Positions 61,001 to 64,000 of a stretch of 64,000 nucleotides of DNA are shown here, piece after piece. The notes under the pieces are model-generated. The model searched no databases. It saw nothing but the letters and a program-made list of their open reading frames with translations, and had not been told where the DNA came from. A program made the translations under genes and the position numbers. Numbering within the stretch: the first letter of the stretch is position 1; each line of letters opens with the position of its first letter. The stretch is from Botryllus schlosseri. Lineage: Eukaryota. Location of the stretch: assembly GCA_051294905.1 (NCBI GenBank), contig CM119372.1, positions 14,200,001 to 14,264,000 of the forward strand. Direction: 5' to 3'.

Positions 61001-61493
61001 CAGGGTTGTAACCCAGTCACAAGGCTCCGAGTCACAAATCAATCTCACTTTCATAGTTTTGACTCAAGTCGAGTCATTTTAATTCACCACCGAGTCAAGT
61101 CTAAGTCAGCGAACAGAGGGTCGAGTCACGATATTATGACTCGAGTCCGTGTCCAAGTTCTTGCGTTGACTGCTCAGTTTCGAGTTAAAATCTTGTTAAA
61201 ACCACTATATAACTCTGTTTAGTGATATCGAATGGTTCACATTTAAAATATCCTAATTTTCCTCACTATTCACGTTTCGGGTTGCATTTCCAAGCACCAG
61301 TACCAATAGGCGAAATACCAACGGTGTGGTTACTTAACTAGGCCTATTCCTCGAAATAACAGTGAAATCTCGGTCTAGGCCGTTTGAGACTCAAGTCATA
61401 TGACATGGTCCGAGTCATGCACATTGCACAATAACTCGAGTCAATGAGTAATTTCCGTATTTTGAGAAAATGACTGGAGTCATTACAACCCTG
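61001..61493 (+). mobile_element. CAGGGTTGTAA MITE with gagtc repeats, copy 1
   Basis: 11-bp TIR; TSD aaattaat/aaattcat. Confidence 0.82.
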
Positions 61494-61502
61494 AAATTCA
61501 TA

Positions 61503-61960
61503 GAGAGAGAGAGAGAGAGTCTTTATTTTCATCGAACCAAAATACATAACAAACGGCAGTGATGGTGGTACAGAAAATATGCGTGCACAGTATTCGGTAT
61601 TAGATAGGAATGATCGATAAGACCGTGAAGGTCATCTAGTCTGATCACACCAGCATCAAACAGGTACACTTGACTCTGAACAGTCTGGCTGTAAAGAAAT
61701 GTTTAGTTAAAGGAAAATAGAAAAAAAAATTAAACAACGGTGGCAAATGATCAATGAAGCAATGTCTGGGCGAGGTAGGGCAACAGTGTTAGTGTAACGA
61801 CAAGAGGTGATCAAGTAGGGCTTTTTTGAATCTATTATAAGGCAATTCACGGATATGTGGTGGTAATGCATTCCAGATGATAGGTCCCGAGTAGTCGATA
61901 GATCTCTTAGTTAGGTTGCTATTGGGTGGGGGTAAGTAGATGTTTCCTTTAGACGAGGAT
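61503..61960 (-). mobile_element. 3' end of a second LINE family with (TC)n tail
   Basis: Minus strand encodes SIDYSGPIIWNALPPHIR; 3' UTR ends aataaagactctctctc. Confidence 0.7.
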
Positions 61961-62158
61961 CTCTATGGACTGTCGTTCGTAACTTACTAACTTCAACTCT
62001 AATTGTAATTCTTGCATATAATTGAGGTAGCTATGGCATGTCTATTTCTACTCCGGTATAATTCAACAGTAGGCTATTGCTTCTGCTTCTTCAGTATTAT
62101 CAGTGAATGCTGTTAACAATTTTATAACAAGATAGTCAGGCTGGTGTGCAATATAGTG

Positions 62159-62574
62159 CAGGGGTCGGTAACCTTACGTTGCCGCGTAGCAAAATATGTC
62201 AATGTCAAAATATACCAATTGGTGTGCCAAACATTTTTGTTCTGTCATTATTATTGTTTCAAGCAAGGAATCCCACCAACCGCTTATCTGAAGCTGCTAA
62301 TGGAATTGATTACGCAAGTGCTCCTTGAGGTTTTTGTCGTTAAGGGTATAAATATGGGTCGCTGCTGCACCAGAGCTATCGTTTTATACACGTAATATCT
62401 AATAATTAAAAATATTCAGTATAACCTAATAATTTGATTATATTTTCATTCGATCAAGCCACATACAATGTACCATGCAATGTAAGGAACAGGTAGAGGG
62501 ATGCCGAAACGACCAGTTCATGTCTCTTAATTTGGCATCCACCTCGGCCCAGTGCCAGGGGTTGCCTACCCCTG
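62159..62574. mobile_element. CAGGGG-type hAT MITE whose right terminus was hit by the 62576 element
   Basis: caggggtcggtaacc ... ggttgcctacccctg; TSD atatagtg (62151-62158) / acatagtg (63980-63987). Confidence 0.78.
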
Positions 62575-62575
62575 A

Positions 62576-63972
62576 CAGAGTTGTAACCAAATCACAAGGT
62601 TCTGAGTCACAAGCCAATCTCACTTTCATAGTTTTGACTTGAGTCAATTTGAGTCATTTCAATTCACCACCAAGTCAAGTACAAGTCAGTGAGTAGAGGG
62701 TCGAGTCCGAGTCATTGTGTTGACTGTTTTGTTTTGAGTTCAATCCGGTTGAACCCACTTTTTACATCTCTGCTTAAGACAGGGGTGGGCAACATGCGGG
62801 CCGGATCCGGCCCGCGAAGGGATTTTGTCCGGCCCGCGGACAGTTTTCCGTTTTACATGATAATGTGGCCCGCGGCCCTAGTCAGCCGAGATTTCCCACT
62901 ACTTGCTTACAACGTCAAATTTTAGTGACTGTATAGTGCATGTTATTATATACGTATATGCCCAACGTGCTAGAGTGGAGCTTACGCGTAAGTTCGTTGA
63001 AGCGAGAAGACTTGTATTATCGGCATTTGCGATGTACTCAACCCTAATGTCGTTTGTGGTATTCATGGTGTTTGTCGACTACAATGGTCAATTACACCAG
63101 GCTGATATTTCTTATTTTTCATTCTGTAACCGCCGACTTGTAGCACGACACACTTCTAGGCTTTTGTAAGACGAAAACACTGCTTATACCAGGGATCGCC
63201 AACTCAAAACGGGTCGCGGGCCACTTTTCAAATTTCGTAGAGGTCGCGGACCGAATGAATTCATTATCGAGATTTCTCAGGCCACACAGTTGAACAACGA
63301 TGCTATCTTGTCACCTACTCAACCCTAACGAATATATGTGTTGGTAAATTAGGGGTACCGGGGTTATCGAACTCCTTGAAATCTTAATTGAGGATTGCAC
63401 CGTGTGTTGATTGATCAGATAGAAGCAGACATGGCGGCGCCTGTATGACAATGCTATTCTCGAAGCCACATCGTCTTCGTCATTATCGGCGAGAAATGGC
63501 TTTGAAGTGACATTACTGTCGTTAAAATGTATTCAATAAATGCGATTTATTCCTTGTATATGTGGAATGTGGATAAATGGGCGAATATTGTATCGATTCA
63601 GCAATCCGGCCCGCCAAGTACTTAATTTTCCTATATCCGGCCCGCCGACTCGAGAAGTTGCCCGCCCCTGGCTTAAGAGATATAGAATGGCTTGCATTCA
63701 TAATATAGTAATTTTCCTCAGTCTTAACAGTTACTGGCCCTATTCTCCAAGTGCCAGGACTGATAGACGAAATACCAATAATGGGGTAACTTTACTATTC
63801 TTCGAAGTTACAATGAAACGTCTGTCCGGACCGTCCTAGTCTCGAGTCATATGACAATGACTCGAGTACAAGTTGAGTCAATACACAAATTGACTCGAGT
63901 CGAGTCATTTTACGCATTTCAAAATAAGACTTGAGTCACCAGAAAATCGCGAGTAGAGTCATTACAACCCCG
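62576..63972 (+). mobile_element. CAGGGTTGTAA-family element, copy 2, with a nested CAGGGG MITE at 62780-63670
   Basis: Exact TSD acccctga; the nested element has exact TSD gcttaaga. Confidence 0.88.
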
Positions 63973-64000
63973 ACCCCTGACATAGTGTGATCTCACAGAA

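Overview
Gene-sparse, transposon-rich animal genomic DNA. It is probably a marine invertebrate; ~60-bp minimal introns and chordate-type genes fit a tunicate, but that is inference. Conserved genes: GOT1 (+), AIFM3-like (+, 9 exons reconstructed), TspanC8 tetraspanin (+), ZZZ3 (-), RNF34/RFFL-like (-), EML5/6-like (+, 1961 aa), the last exon of a single-pass membrane protein (-), and a fragmented LRR-receptor pseudogene (-). Five of the six complete conserved genes, including the 5.9-kb EML CDS, have no introns in their coding sequence. The intergenic DNA holds about 20 TSD-delimited non-autonomous DNA transposons nested up to four deep: hAT-like with 8-bp TSDs, and P-like with 7-bp TSDs. The P-like class includes 32/39-bp palindromic micro-elements and a 3.5-kb long-TIR element carrying a C2H2 plus P-transposase-C-terminal-like gene. 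Also present: a decayed CR1/L2-group LINE, tRNA-SINEs, and a Penelope fragment with a minimal hammerhead ribozyme. All calls are by eye; no database search was run.
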